The position numbers and the translations under genes were made by a program. A DNA stretch of 63,837 nucleotides, the filler included, from Octopus bimaculoides (Eukaryota), in the NCBI RefSeq assembly GCF_001194135.2. It is 7 parts of 7 records of this genome, joined end to end, with 100 filler letters (N's around TTAATTAATTAA, not from the genome) between each part and the next. Parts side by side here need not be neighbours in the genome. Positions count along the whole stretch, not along the records: positions 1 to 16,510 come from NC_068985.1; 6 more parts are not named here. One strand, 5' to 3'. Each line of letters starts with the position of its first letter. Positions within the stretch are counted from its first letter, which is position 1. Positions 1 through 12,157 of the stretch are shown here, in pieces. The notes below the pieces were generated by a model that saw only the letters and a list, made by a program, of their open reading frames with translations, made no database searches and had not been told where the DNA came from.

Positions 1-74
<74 letters not shown>

Positions 75-1270
75 GTAAAAACGAAACCGATATTTTAGAT
101 TGGGAAGAGTCGACATGTAGCATGCTGTGAAACGTCAGTAAATGGCAGATGTTTATTTTATATATACAAGACGAGAGAGAAAGCAGTGCATTGAAGATGT
201 GTATATGTGTATATGTATTTTATGTTGCAGACCGCACAAATCTATTTAAATGTATATCTTATGTGTATCTTCGGGCTCCTGTAAGTCCTGTGAGACTCAG
301 AATCAATATCTAGAAATAGCATCTCGAAGGCTCCGGCCTAAGATAAGTTGTCGCCCAATCATGCAAGTTCCATCACTCATCTTCTTGTCATCGGTGCTCA
401 CCAAGAAAGCCAATACATTCTGATACCAGTGTTGCCGCAGTCATAACCATCCGAACGCAAAGAGTTGGAACGAAACTCACAGGTGAAAAACTCAGAAAAA
501 GCACAGTGAAAAAAACAAGGCAGGCTCATAAGTCCTTCTCCTATCAGTTTCCTTCCGTTTTTTACAACAACTCTGAAATCCATTAAGGCCTTCAGTAATA
601 AAAACTTCAAGCTATACTATCCCATTCAACCATATTCCATGAATGTTTATTTGTCTTTCCACACTTCGAAGGTTCGTCAACATAGAAATATAAGGCATAT
701 ACAAACATACAAAAAGTATATAAAAAAACCCATATAGAGTCATAAAAAAATTCATATATACACGCATATGCATGTATACATTACCATATACAGATATACA
801 TGGATACAAAGACATAAACACATGAGTACATATATGTGTGCTCAGATGCACATACACAGATGGCTGTACATGCATCCCTTCTCCAATTGCTAGATATCTA
901 TTAAATTTGAAATCTTAATTGTTGATATGACATGGTATGTCATAAGTGTCTGTATATTGTCTTTTTTGTCATTTTGGTTATAAAATAAACAGATTAATCA
1001 ACGGAATATAGTGTCTGCAAGTTGATGAGTATCTCATATTCCCCTCCATTTTCTTATTGTTATATAAATTTAGGGTAAAAAATAACCTTTTACCCGCACC
1101 CACTTATTGCACTTGGTATAACACTAGTGTAACAATAATTGGGTACCCTCCCAGCAGTATATTGGATGGATATATATTATTCCTTAGTGGGTTGAATCCT
1201 CAACCCCTAACTCTCTTGGATTATATATATATATTGATAGAAAGGACAACAAAAGAAAGAGACCTCGATG

Positions 1271-1410
1271 TGTGACAATTATTCGGTGGCCATGATAAAA
1301 CTCCGAGTAACAATTTTCAATGGCCAGATAACTGAAGAGATGGCGGCGTGGGTTTCCGCCCCGGCATCCGAAATTCGGAGTTTTATCATAGATACCGAAT
1401 AATTGTCACA
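1271..1410. mobile_element. 140-bp element with ~37-bp terminal inverted repeats, enclosing a hammerhead-like fold
   Basis: TGTGACAATTATTCGGT-ggcc-ATGATAAAACTCCGA at 1271 is the reverse complement of TCGGAGTTTTATCAT-agat-ACCGAATAATTGTCACA ending at 1410. No target-site duplication (TSD) seen. Confidence 0.8.
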
Positions 1411-1455
1411 TATTATTTACACACACCCACATATGTGTGTGTGTGTATGCTTTTG

Positions 1456-1508
<53 letters not shown>

Positions 1509-1879
1509 CGTGTGCGTGTGTGAGAGAGAAGCATGAGTATGTATGCATGTATGTATTTATGCATATGAATATAAAAGAAATATATAAAGAAAAAGCGTGA
1601 AAAGAAAGAGAGGCTTACAGACAGATTGGGATGGCAGGCGATAACATTTCTCAATTACTAATTTGTTCCTTGTTTTTTAGAAACGGGAGATTTTTCACGA
1701 AATATTATAGAACCAATTAAGCAACCTATATAATGTAATACAATTTCGTTTGTCTTTATTTTCATTCTTTGACAACACAATCTAGCAATTTTTTTGTCTG
1801 TTGTCTAATTTGTATTGCTAAGTAGTTTTTCAGGCATTTATCTTTTATATACATATATATATTGCTAGGTAGATAGACA

Positions 1880-2062
1880 GGCGCAGGAGTAGCTGTGTGA
1901 TAAGTAGCTTGCTTACAAACCACATGGTTTCGGGTTCATTCTCACTGCGTAGCACCTTGGGCAAGTGTCTTCTTCTGTAGCCTCAGGCCGACCAAAGCCT
2001 TGTGAGTGGATTTGGTAGACGGAAACTGAAAGAAGCCTGTTGTATATATGTATATATATATG

Positions 2063-2108
<46 letters not shown>

Positions 2109-2307
2109 TGTGTCTGTGTTTGTCCCCCCAACATCGCTTGACAACCGATAGTGGCGTGTTTACGTCCCCGTAACTTAGCGGTTCGGCAAAGGAGACCGAT
2201 AGAATAAGTCCTGGGGTCGATTTGCTCCACTAAAGGCGGCGCTCCAGCATGGCCGCAGTCAAAATGACTGAAACAAGTGAAAGAGTAAAAAAGTAAAGAG
2301 TAAAGAG
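1880..2307 (+). mobile_element. SINE family A, full bipartite copy (tRNA-like head, internal microsatellite, 3' stem-loop, AAAGAGT tail)
   Basis: Matches more than 10 other copies in the window; ends CAGTC-AAAA-TGACTG hairpin then AAACAAGT and (AAAGAGT)n-like tail. Confidence 0.9.
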
Positions 2308-3732
2308 GTAGACAGACAGACAGGCAGACAGTTAAACAGACAGACAGACAGACAGACCTGAAACTAAGACAACGTTCATTAGAAAGCATTTGTTATTATT
2401 TCTCTTCTGCTGGCATTCAAAAGAATATTGCATAAACAAATGGCTAAGAGCCCAAATTTTCTACCAATAATCCCCTTATCCTAAGCCCTAATAATATTTG
2501 TCTAATATACGCACCGTTCTCCTAGACAGTACGGTCTTCGGGGAATAAAACTGCATTCGAAACTGCACTGCAATCTCTTTCAAATTTATAGCTTAGAAGT
2601 TTCCTCAGTAATATAGATATAAAACTATGTAAAGTACATTCATGAGTATCTACCAATGTATTTTGTATGTTTATAGGTTTTCGTTTTTAATATCGACAAT
2701 AAGTTACTGTCTGGAAATTTTGTTCAGAACCAAGAAAAAAATATGTATGATTAAAAGCAAATATTTCAGCACAATGATTTACAAGTAGAAGAATAAATGC
2801 TTTAAAAAATAGACATCGAATCAGTTTTGTTTTGTTCGTTTGGTGCTTTTTTCTATAAAATCTAACATTGATCTATATATGGAATTTTATTTACAAAATG
2901 GCTTGGTGTTTTGAATATTATAAATGATGTAGACAAACCAAAATGTTTTTAGTAGACAATTTGTACATACATACCAACTAGAAGATGTATGTAAACAAAT
3001 TCATATATGTATANNNNNNNNNNNNNNNNNNNNNNNNNNNNNNNNNNNNNNNNNNNNNNNNNNNNNNNNNNNNNNNNNNNNNNNNNNNNNNNNNNNNNNN
3101 NNNNNNNNNNNNNNNNNNNNNNNNNNNNATATATATATATATATATATATATATACGTAAATCTACGTGTGTACATTCAAAATGGCGCCCATCTAAAAAC
3201 AAAGCATGTTCGATAAATGGCTGTTTTTTTCAACGGCTGAATCAAAGAAACCTTTTACTCAAAAATCAATGCTATACTCGAAACAAACTTGAAATACCCT
3301 TGAAATACCACTTAAAAGTAACGTAGCAAGGCACTATGATACAAACAAAAAGACTTCAAAAACAAATTAAAACGTTTACATTAGAAATTGTAAATATAAA
3401 CAATAGCTTTATTAAACTTATAAATTCAATCATAAACTGTGTAAATCTTATACAAAGAAAAGAAAATCAATTATCTGAATATATTAAGACGTAAACACGC
3501 TAATGTCAGAATGAATTAGGCTATTTTGCATCGAAGTTATTCAATCCTTCACTGATTAAAAAAGACGCTTGCTAGAAGGAATTTAATCGAACTAAATAAA
3601 CAAATGTCATTTTACTGCTAGGTTCAATAGGTGGGTCTAAGGTGTTATAAGCGGTGTCAGCCGCTATGACTCATAACAGAGGAAAGTCACTGGCAGTCAC
3701 AATTAATATAAATCAGTAAAGAGAAGTTAACA

Positions 3733-3874
3733 GGCGCTGGCGTGGCTGTGTGGTAAGAAGTTTGCTTCCCAGCCACATAGTTCCGGGTTCAGTCTCACCT
3801 TGGGCAAGTGTCTTCTACCGACCAAAGCCTTGTAAGTGGATTCGCTAGACGGAAACTGAAACAAAGCCCTCGTA

Positions 3875-3910
<36 letters not shown>

Positions 3911-4085
3911 TTCATCACCGCTTGACAACCGGTATTGGTATGTTTACGTCCTCGTAACTCAGTGGTTCGCCATAAGTGACCGCTAGAATAAATACCAGGC
4001 TTAACAAAATTGAGCACTGGAGTTGATCAATTCGACTAAAAATTCTTCAAGCCTTAGTCTAATGACTGAACCAAATGAAAGATAA
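3733..4085 (+). mobile_element. SINE family A, diverged copy
   Basis: Same head (GCTGTGTGGTAAGAAG...CCGGGTTCAGT), body and tail as 1880-2307. Confidence 0.85.
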
Positions 4086-4416
4086 CAGATAAATGGTATT
4101 CATCCCTAGGATGTCTTATCGGACTGGTTATGAAGGTATTACACAAACAGGGGTTCGAGTTTAACTAACACAACAATATTCGATGTAACCAAAGGTGAAA
4201 ACTGTTTTCCATTCAACAGCGTAGATGTGTATTTTCCAAGGAACAGGAGTACAATAGCTGATCATTTGTTATTAGTACACAATGTAAACACCATTATGTT
4301 ATATGTTTTATATTTTATCATGAATTTTATGAACACTGGTGTCGTTGGTTATAAGTTCCGAAAGAGCCTGTCGTTAGTTCATTGCATTTATTATAGTAAA
4401 AGTGACAAGAGAGTAT

Positions 4417-4819
4417 CTTTTATCTTTTATTTTTTACTTGTTTCAGTCATTTGACTGCGGCCATGCTGGAACACCGCCTTTAGTAGAGCAAATCGACCCC
4501 AGAGCTTATTCTGTGTAAGCCTAGGACTTATTCTATCGGCCTCTTTTGCCGAACCGCTAGTTTACGGGGGCGTAAACACATCAGCATCGGTTGTCAAGCG
4601 ATGTTGGTGGGGGACAAACACGGACACACAAACATATACATATATATATATATATACATACATATACGACGGGCTTCTTTCAGTTTTCGTCTATCAAGTC
4701 CACTCACAAGGCTTTGCTCGGCCCAAGGCTATAGTAGAAGACACTTTCCCAAAGTGCCACGCAGTGGAACTGAACCCATAACCATGTGCTTGGTAAACAA
4801 GCTACTTACCACACAGCCG
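4417..4819 (-). mobile_element. SINE family A, full copy
   Basis: Reverse complement of the family A sequence. Confidence 0.9.
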
Positions 4820-4989
4820 ACAAGTTAACTGTGTAATACAAAGTATTTTTCTCAGACATACCAATTTATCAACGATATTCGCGCCGATGTGTCTATCATT
4901 TCGCCTAAACATATAAACGCAAGCGCATCCAGGCTTACAGATATGTATATATACGTATGTAGATAGATAGATAGATAGACAGGCAAGCG

Positions 4990-5027
<38 letters not shown>

Positions 5028-5048
5028 AAGACAGACAGACAGACAGAC

Positions 5049-5092
<44 letters not shown>

Positions 5093-5449
5093 GTATATTG
5101 GTTGAACTGTATTGCAAAGTTGACAATGTGTTTATGTGTGGACCAGCCACAACATTTTGGCCTCAAACTTTCGCTTTTGGATCGAGAAACATAACTTATA
5201 CGGAATTATTATGGAAGATGTGATTCGATTGTTGCTCTCAGGTTTGACATCGCTTTAGTTCATCATCGATAAAATGTAATACGATGTAATAAGTTTTTGC
5301 GATATCCAGATGTAATAAAAATATGGGGATCCTGGTGAAAACAAAGCCTCAGTAGTAGCTTAGCGCTACGAGAAGTCCAGCCTACACAGGCATGTACACA
5401 CAAACACACACACATGCACGCAGCACATGTCTCCCTCCTCTCTCTCCCT

Positions 5450-5490
<41 letters not shown>

Positions 5491-7069
5491 GGTGGTGGTG
5501 GTGGTGGTGGTGGTGGTNNNNNNNNNNNNNNNNNNNNNNNNNNNNNNNNNNNNNNNNNNNNNNNNNNNNNNNNNNNNNNNNNNNNNNNNNNNNNNNNNNN
5601 NNNNNNNNNNNNNNNNNNNNNNNNNNNNNNNNNNNNNNNNNNNNNNNNNNNNNNNNNNNNNNNNNNNNNNNNNNNNNNNNNNNNNNNNGGTGGTGGTGGT
5701 GGTGGTGGTGGTGGTGGTGGTGGTGGTGATGGTGGTAATAGTAGTAGTAGTAGTAGTAGTCTGGGCGGTGCTGGCGATGATAATGGTGTTATAGCTCACT
5801 TGGTGGTGGCGGCGGTGGTAGTGCTACTGCATTAAGCGTGTCGGACCGATTTAGTTTGAACAAAAGGCTTAAGATTTCGAATAAAAACGGATGCGGATTT
5901 ATCACGAGCTAACGAATACCATTTCACCATCAAGCCATTTCGCCCATTTTAGCCATTTTTACTATTTTGCCATTTAGCCAACAAGAAAATATTCAACCCA
6001 ACTATCCAAACCATCGGCCTGTCTAACGTTGAACGTTGTACAAAGCCTGGCCTGTCAGCTTATCCAAGGATTGTGAAGATTTCAATAAACTTTCTATTAT
6101 GTATTCACATCCATACCCCCGTTCCAAAGAAGACCGAACTAACTCCTCTAAACTTCGTAACATTAATTCGTTCTGTAAGAAATTAGATTTCAGTTGCCAG
6201 CGTCGATTAAATGTGCAAAATCAGGCACTAGGTCAATAAAAATCTTTGTCGTTACTCATTCCAAGTACGTTTTGACTTGGTATAATTAATCTTATCCGTA
6301 GAGCCAACGAAATGGACTTTCATCGACAGATCGTGCAATGTCTTTACCTTACGGTCAACACCAAGATAATACGGATCTTTTTTCTGTTTTCTTTTTTTTT
6401 CTGCCCCCACCCTACAAGAAATTGGCTTTGTTCTGTTTTTTTTTTTTTTTTACAACTCCAGACGCCCACCGTAAACGTAGCCCCAGCCACTATCATAAGC
6501 TAGTGCTAAATAGCTTAGAAGTAAGCACAGATCTGTTATAGCAGATGCTGGAGGTGGTAAGACCTGTTTGGATTAGGGCTGGCTTGGATTGTCTTGGTTT
6601 GTTGTTGCCATTGTTAATGATGGTAGCAGTGTCCGGCTTGCTATTGTTGCCGTCATTGTTGTTGCTGTTGTTTGGGGGGGGGGTGACGGTAGCGGTGTCG
6701 GCGGCGGTGGTGGTGGTGGTGATGGCGGTGATATCATGATGGTCTTGGCTGTGAGAGTGGGAGATGATGAGGTGTCGATGGGGGAAATGTGGTGGAGGTG
6801 AGTGGTTTTGGTAGTGGTGGTGTGGTGGTCTTGGTAGTGGGGGGGGGATCGTCGTCGTCGTTGTCGTGTTTATGATGATCGTCGTGGTAGTGGAGATATT
6901 GATGCATTTCAAATATCGGCTCCTTTATATCCAAGAAGTGAAGTTCATTTGACTGAAGGACAATTTGCTTAAAACCTTTTTAGCTAAATAGATTTGGTCA
7001 ATATTCCAGAAATATAATTACCTTTATATACTCGTACTTCCTTATAGTTACACATCCTTAAACAAAGTT

Positions 7070-7138
<69 letters not shown>

Positions 7139-7349
7139 GGAGGTATGTATGTATGTATGTAGGTAGGTAGGTAGGTAGGTAGGTAGGTAGGTTAAGATAA
7201 CTGCTTGAAATAATTGTTTTCACCTTTTTCCGCCTAGAATATCTGTTATATTCTGTAAATTCGGTTGTTCTTTCTTAAAATATCCTTTATTCATCATGTT
7301 GTTTGTTGAACAAGTCACCATCAAGGTTTGACTTTGCCTGGTTTTTCCT

Positions 7350-7447
7350 ATTTAAAACTTTGCCTGAAGATGGTGGATTTATGTTATGGCGCAATCTATT
7401 AATGCATTAATAAAATTCTACAGAAACAGCTGTAGTAATTTTTAAAT
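7350..7447 (+). ncRNA. Putative type I hammerhead ribozyme (Penelope-like terminal-repeat type)
   Basis: CTGAAGA 7364-7370; GAAAC 7423-7427; palindromic stem III ACAGCTGT; GUA triplet 7432-7434; stem I ATTTAAAACTTTGC/GTAATTTTTAAAT; imperfect long stem II. Confidence 0.6.
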
Positions 7448-7499
7448 CCCATTTCTGTTCCTATATATACGTGTTTTTATTTTAAAATACCCACTATTT

Positions 7500-7680
7500 C
7501 TCTTACTTGTTTCCTCAATTTGTGGCGACGGTAAGGGTTGCTTTCCCAATTGACCTGACATAGCTCACTTGCCTTCAGCGGACTTTACTCAATCCTTAAA
7601 TCGTAGTCTTGGTTTCCGCTAGATCCATTTTCCACTGACAAGTTTGGCAAGGAAACAAGATATATTTTGTAGGACTCTCA
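7500..7680 (-). mobile_element. RTE-clade LINE fragment, C-terminal RT region, degenerate
   Basis: Minus strand gives ...KLVSGKWI*RKPRLRFKD*VKS / LKASELCQVNWESNPYRRHKLRKQV, resembling the RTE GRPRLRFKD motif. Confidence 0.65.
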
Positions 7681-7763
7681 GATTTATTTCTGAGTTCTTT
7701 ATTACAAATCATCAGATATAGCTTCTTTTGAATATTTTATCTCCTTGAAAAAAACACACATAT

Positions 7764-7820
<57 letters not shown>

Positions 7821-8477
7821 NNNNNNNNNNNNNNNNNNNNNNNNNNNNNNNNNNNNNNNNNNNNNNNNNNNNNNNNNNNNNNNNNNNNNNNNNNNNNNNN
7901 NNNNNNNNNNNNNNNNNNNNNNNNNNNNNNNNNNNNNNNNNNNNNNNNNNNNNNNNNNNNNNNNNNNNNNNNNNNNNNNNNNNNNNNNNNNNNNNNNNNN
8001 NNNNNNNNNNNNNNNNNNNNNNNNNNNNNNNNNNNNNNNNNNNNNNNNNNNNNNNNNNNNNNNNNNNNNNNNNNNNNNNNNNNNNNNNNNNNNNNNNNNN
8101 NNNNNNNNNNNNNNNNNNNNNNNNNNNNNNNNNNNNNNNNNNNNNNNNNNNNNNNNNNNNNNNNNNNNNNNNNNNNNNNNNNNNNNNNNNNNNNNNNNNN
8201 NNNNNNNNNNNNNNNNNNNNNNNNNNNNNNNNNNNNNNNNNNNNNNNNNNNNNNNNNNNNNNNNNNNNNNNNNNNNNNNNNNNNNNNNNNNNNNNNNNNN
8301 NNNNNNNNNNNNNNNNNNNNNNNNNNNNNNNNNNNNNNNNNNNNNNNNNNNNNNNNNNNNNNNNNNNNNNNNNNNNNNNNNNNNNNNNNNNNNNNNNNNN
8401 NNNNNNNNNNNNNNNNNNNNNNNNNNNNNNNNNNNNNNNNNNNNNNNNNNNNNNNNNNNNNNNNNNNNNNNNNNNNN

Positions 8478-8514
<37 letters not shown>

Positions 8515-8551
8515 CATACATACATACATACATACATACATACATACATAG

Positions 8552-9090
8552 ATGCAGTTACTCTATCCAGATTACAAGTTCGGGTTTATACCTGTAATTA
8601 TTGGGGCCCTGGGATATCTAAAACGCTGCCTAGATACCAATCTTGAGAAATTAGGCTTCTCAAAACCGGAAAGGAGAAAGCTAATTCGAAGACTACAGAT
8701 CCCAATCCCTCATTGGAACTGTAAAATTCTGTAAAACTCCCCAAAAGTTTATCATTTAAATATATATGAACATGTCTAGATATGCAACTATATGTATGAG
8801 AATTTCATACATAAAGCAAAACATACAAATCTGCACATATACATACATACAAAAATACCTTGATGATATTGAAATTCCAGTGAAGGAACCTTGGATCTAG
8901 GTTAGAAACCGGCTCTTTCTCTATTGTGGCAAGAAATTTTGAAATAAAACTAAATAATGACATACATACATCCATACAAACAAACATACCTTGTTGTTGG
9001 TGTTGAAATTCCAAAGAAGGCGCCTTGGATCTAGGTTAGAAACCGGCTCTTTCTCTATTGGCAAGAAATCTTGAAATAAAACAGTTACAT
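8552..9090 (+). mobile_element. R4/Dong-like non-LTR retrotransposon 3' fragment embedded in (CATA)n
   Basis: QLLYPDYKFGFIPVIIGALGYLKRCLDTNLEKLGFSKPERRKLIRRLQI (PxxIGALG motif at the end of the restriction-like endonuclease, RLE, domain); 3' UTR with two tandem terminal modules; (CATA)n on both sides. Confidence 0.8.
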
Positions 9091-9141
9091 ACATACATAC
9101 ATACATTTATTCATTCATTCATACATACATACATACATACA

Positions 9142-9174
<33 letters not shown>

Positions 9175-9308
9175 GTAGGGTGTTAGATAATGGATAGATC
9201 GATAGTGAGATAAATAAATAGATATGTGTGTATATGTATATATATATGATTGTGTATATGTGATCTCGCTTCAGATTCCATATATTGCTTTGATGTCGAG
9301 ATCCTTAC

Positions 9309-9408
9309 TTGCTTTAATTGCTCGTTTCCTTCTTCAGTGAATTGCTTCAGCGAATACTTTATTTGGTGATCAATCACGAACGCGAATTCATTTAGATCCA
9401 ATCGATTC
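9309..9408 (-). CDS. Candidate internal exon (100 nt, phase 2 to 0), xNRLDLNEFAFVIDHQIKYSLKQFTEEGNEQLKQ
   Basis: GGTTTCCCAG acceptor, AA|GTAAGG donor, open frame; phase-compatible with 19570-19645. Alternative acceptor gives 9309-9436. Product not identified. Confidence 0.45.
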
Positions 9409-9590
9409 CTGGGAAACCATTGATATGTGAAACTCACTAGGAAAAAATATCGAACATGTATGGAAACATTCGATAAGTACCACAGCCCTGTTCTCCAGCA
9501 TAATTTTAAAGCAATATTCAGCCTAATACTGATGAATGAAAAGTAAAACAAATTTTGTTTTGTCTATGTGTGCATGTCCCTAAGTGTGTA

Positions 9591-9628
<38 letters not shown>

Positions 9629-9819
9629 TGTGTGTGTGTATGTGTGTGTGTGCGTGTGTGTGTGTGCGTGTGTGTGTGTACAAATATATCTACATATACG
9701 TATATATGTATGTATGTACATTCATATATTCACATAATTATATGTATAATATATTTATATATACACATACACATATTTATAATTATATGTGTGTGTGTAT
9801 ATATATATATAAATGCATG

Positions 9820-9876
<57 letters not shown>

Positions 9877-9888
9877 NNNNNNNNNNNN

Positions 9889-9947
<59 letters not shown>

Positions 9948-10058
9948 AATATATGTATGTTTATATATACATGCATGTGTGTATGTATGTATTATGCATA
10001 TATGTATGTATTTATGTATGTATATTTATATATATATACATATATATGCATATGTATG

Positions 10059-10089
<31 letters not shown>

Positions 10090-10091
<2 letters not shown>

Positions 10092-10465
10092 TCTCTTCTG
10101 CTTTTAATTATTTGAATTCTTCCTCTGAAGAAGGAGCTAGGTTTCTTATAAAGATACAAAGCCCTATTGTTGGGATGTACTTGTATGCTGTCTTCAGCGT
10201 TTAATATTTATATTTTCCCTCTGATGAAGGAACTGGCTTATAATAAAGATACAAGCTCCATATTTGGAAAGTATATAACAAAATCAATGACACGCTTTAA
10301 ACTTGAGAAAAGTTTTACATAGTTTTACTCTTCCACTTACAGATTGCATTTGTAGCGTGCGAATTAGTTGGTTGAGGTTTTTTTTCTGAAAACCCTTGTT
10401 TATCCAGATTGTCACTTGAGAATTTATTCACAAAACCAAGTACACGGTTGTTATTGATCAATATA
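10090..10465 (-). mobile_element. R4/Dong-like 3' fragment, diverged subfamily, ending in (CATA)n
   Basis: VLGFVNKFSSDNLDKQGFSEK / QLIRTLQMQSVSGRVKLCKTFLKF; two tandem 3' modules, then (TATG)n on the plus strand. Confidence 0.7.
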
Positions 10466-10762
10466 TATGTATGCATGCATGTGCTGTGTTGTGGAAGGAT
10501 TCCGACCACCCTCATGTGACTAAAAGTGGACTGAGACATTTCTATTAATTAGACAACTGTCGGGTCGTCAGGAGTTCGTGTTGCTACGCATTTTTTTTTT
10601 CGAGTTAATCGTTGCTTGATCCCTGTTAGACGTAAGTCACATCGTTATTAATTGTTGAAAGTGTCCCATAAGGGTGAACCTATTGTTTAACTTCACTGCT
10701 GAATTTTTGAATTGTTAGTTGCTGTTTTTTTTTTGTGTGTGTGTGTGTGTGTGTTTTTATAA

Positions 10763-11086
10763 TTGTTTTCTTCCCCATTTATGAGTGAAGTAGTGAACAA
10801 AGGAAGGATGGAAAGCGAACCAGTCCCAGCCGGCAGCAATGCTGCAGCAACTGGAAGAAGTTTAGCTGCAGACGTACTACAGGTTCGAGAGGTGAAAATG
10901 GAGAAAAAGAAGCTAAAGGAATATAACAGACTGATTGAGAAGGAGGGAACCAGTTTGAGGTTGACCCCGCCACAAGAATTGACAGCGAGCGTAACTAAGC
11001 GGACATATCTGATAAAAAAATTGAGCTCTTATGATGTTTTTACTGGTTACCGTTGTTGCCTACCCAGCAGTCTAGCACCAGTTTGA
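10763..11086 (+). pseudogene. Possible LINE ORF1 N-terminal fragment
   Basis: 107-aa non-repetitive ORF (MESEPVPAGSNAAATGRSLAADVLQV...KKLKEYNRLIEKEG...). It resembles L1/Tx1-type ORF1 starts as I recall them; unverified. Confidence 0.35.
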
Positions 11087-11683
11087 GAAATCACATGATT
11101 AAAAACTTGTTTGTATTGACCATTCTACGTTTTCTTTCCTTCTTTTTTGTGCCGGCGTGTATCTGGAATTATATTACCCAGTGAATTGTTACCCCGTTGA
11201 GTAGAGTAGGATGCGATATATGAGATATTTGGCTTCTATTCCTTGGTGATTCATGTGTTGCNNNNNNNNNNNNNNNNNNNNNNNNNNNNNNNNNNNNNNN
11301 NNNNNNNNNNNNNNNNNNNNNNNNNNNNNNNNNNNNNNNNNNNNNNNNNNNNNNNNNNNNNNNNNNNNNNNNNNNNNNNNNNNNNNNNNNNNNNNNNNNN
11401 NNNNNNNNNNNNNNNNNNNNNNNNNNNNNNNNNNNNNNNNNNNNNNNNNNNNNNNNNNNNNNNNNNNNNNNNNNNNNNNNNNNNNNNNNNNNNNNNNNNN
11501 NNNNNNNNNNNNNNNNNNNNNNNNNNNNNNNNNNNNNNNNNNNNNNNNNNNNNNNNNNNNNNNNNNNNNNNNNNNNNNNNNNNNNNNNNNNNNNNNNNNN
11601 NNNNNNNNGCTCATTAAATGATGTAAAGCGTATTTAATCTCCATACCTTCGTTTTATTTGCTTTTTTCATTTTAAATTTGCTT

Positions 11684-11751
11684 TAACCCTAACCCTAACC
11701 CTAACCCTAAACCTAACCCTAACCCTAACCCTAGAGTTAGGGTTAGGGTTA
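11684..11751. repeat. Interstitial telomere-like array (CCCTAA)n followed by inverted (TTAGGG)3
   Basis: TAACCCTAACCCTAAC-CCTAGA-GTTAGGGTTAGGGTTA has 16-bp complementary arms. Confidence 0.95.
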
Positions 11752-12059
11752 ATTGTTTCAGAATCGTTTGTTTATGTAGTCGGCACTTAATGTATATCGG
11801 CTGAATGGACGTCAGTGATTGGTTGAAATTACAGAAATACGACAACTTTAACATGGAATAATTTATGGATTTCTTTTTTTTTTAAGAAGACTAAGAGAAA
11901 AAGATGTTTTATATGACACATTCTACCAGTGTTCCAAGTTTCAAAGTGTTTCGTTAATGAAAAATGTGGCCCCCGTTTTAAAAAAGATCCTGCATTTGTA
12001 TTTGTTTATTACTGATTTTGTTTTTGTTTCGTGGGTGTTTTAATACTTTCGGCTTTCAG

Positions 12060-12157
12060 TATTACCATTCTTTAACTGCGTAGCCGCATTTTTCGACAAC
12101 AAAATGAACATTAGAGCAATAAGTCAAGCATTTGGCAAGGCGATGTTTGAATATTTG
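12060..12157 (+). CDS. Candidate internal exon (98 nt, phase 1 to 0), xLPFFNCVAAFFDNKMNIRAISQAFGKAMFEYL
   Basis: Branch-like TTAAT, ACTTTCGGCTTTCAG acceptor, TG|GTAAGT donor, only one open frame. Weak resemblance to the RhoGAP C-terminal NKM...FG motif. Confidence 0.55.

Noticed and set aside
98-145. GAAACGTC with an upstream GGGAAGA
   Set aside because: No CUGANGA core and no stem I pairing.
231-280. 50-nt plus-strand exon candidate
   Set aside because: Splice signals are fair, but it is short, two frames are open and no protein is recognisable.
10135-10260. Two CTGA(A/T)GAAGG motifs resembling hammerhead cores
   Set aside because: No GAAA follows, and they are the antisense of the tandem 3' modules of the R4/Dong-like copy.
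11684-11751. Telomere fusion site
   Set aside because: The orientation is opposite to a fusion signature and the array is short.
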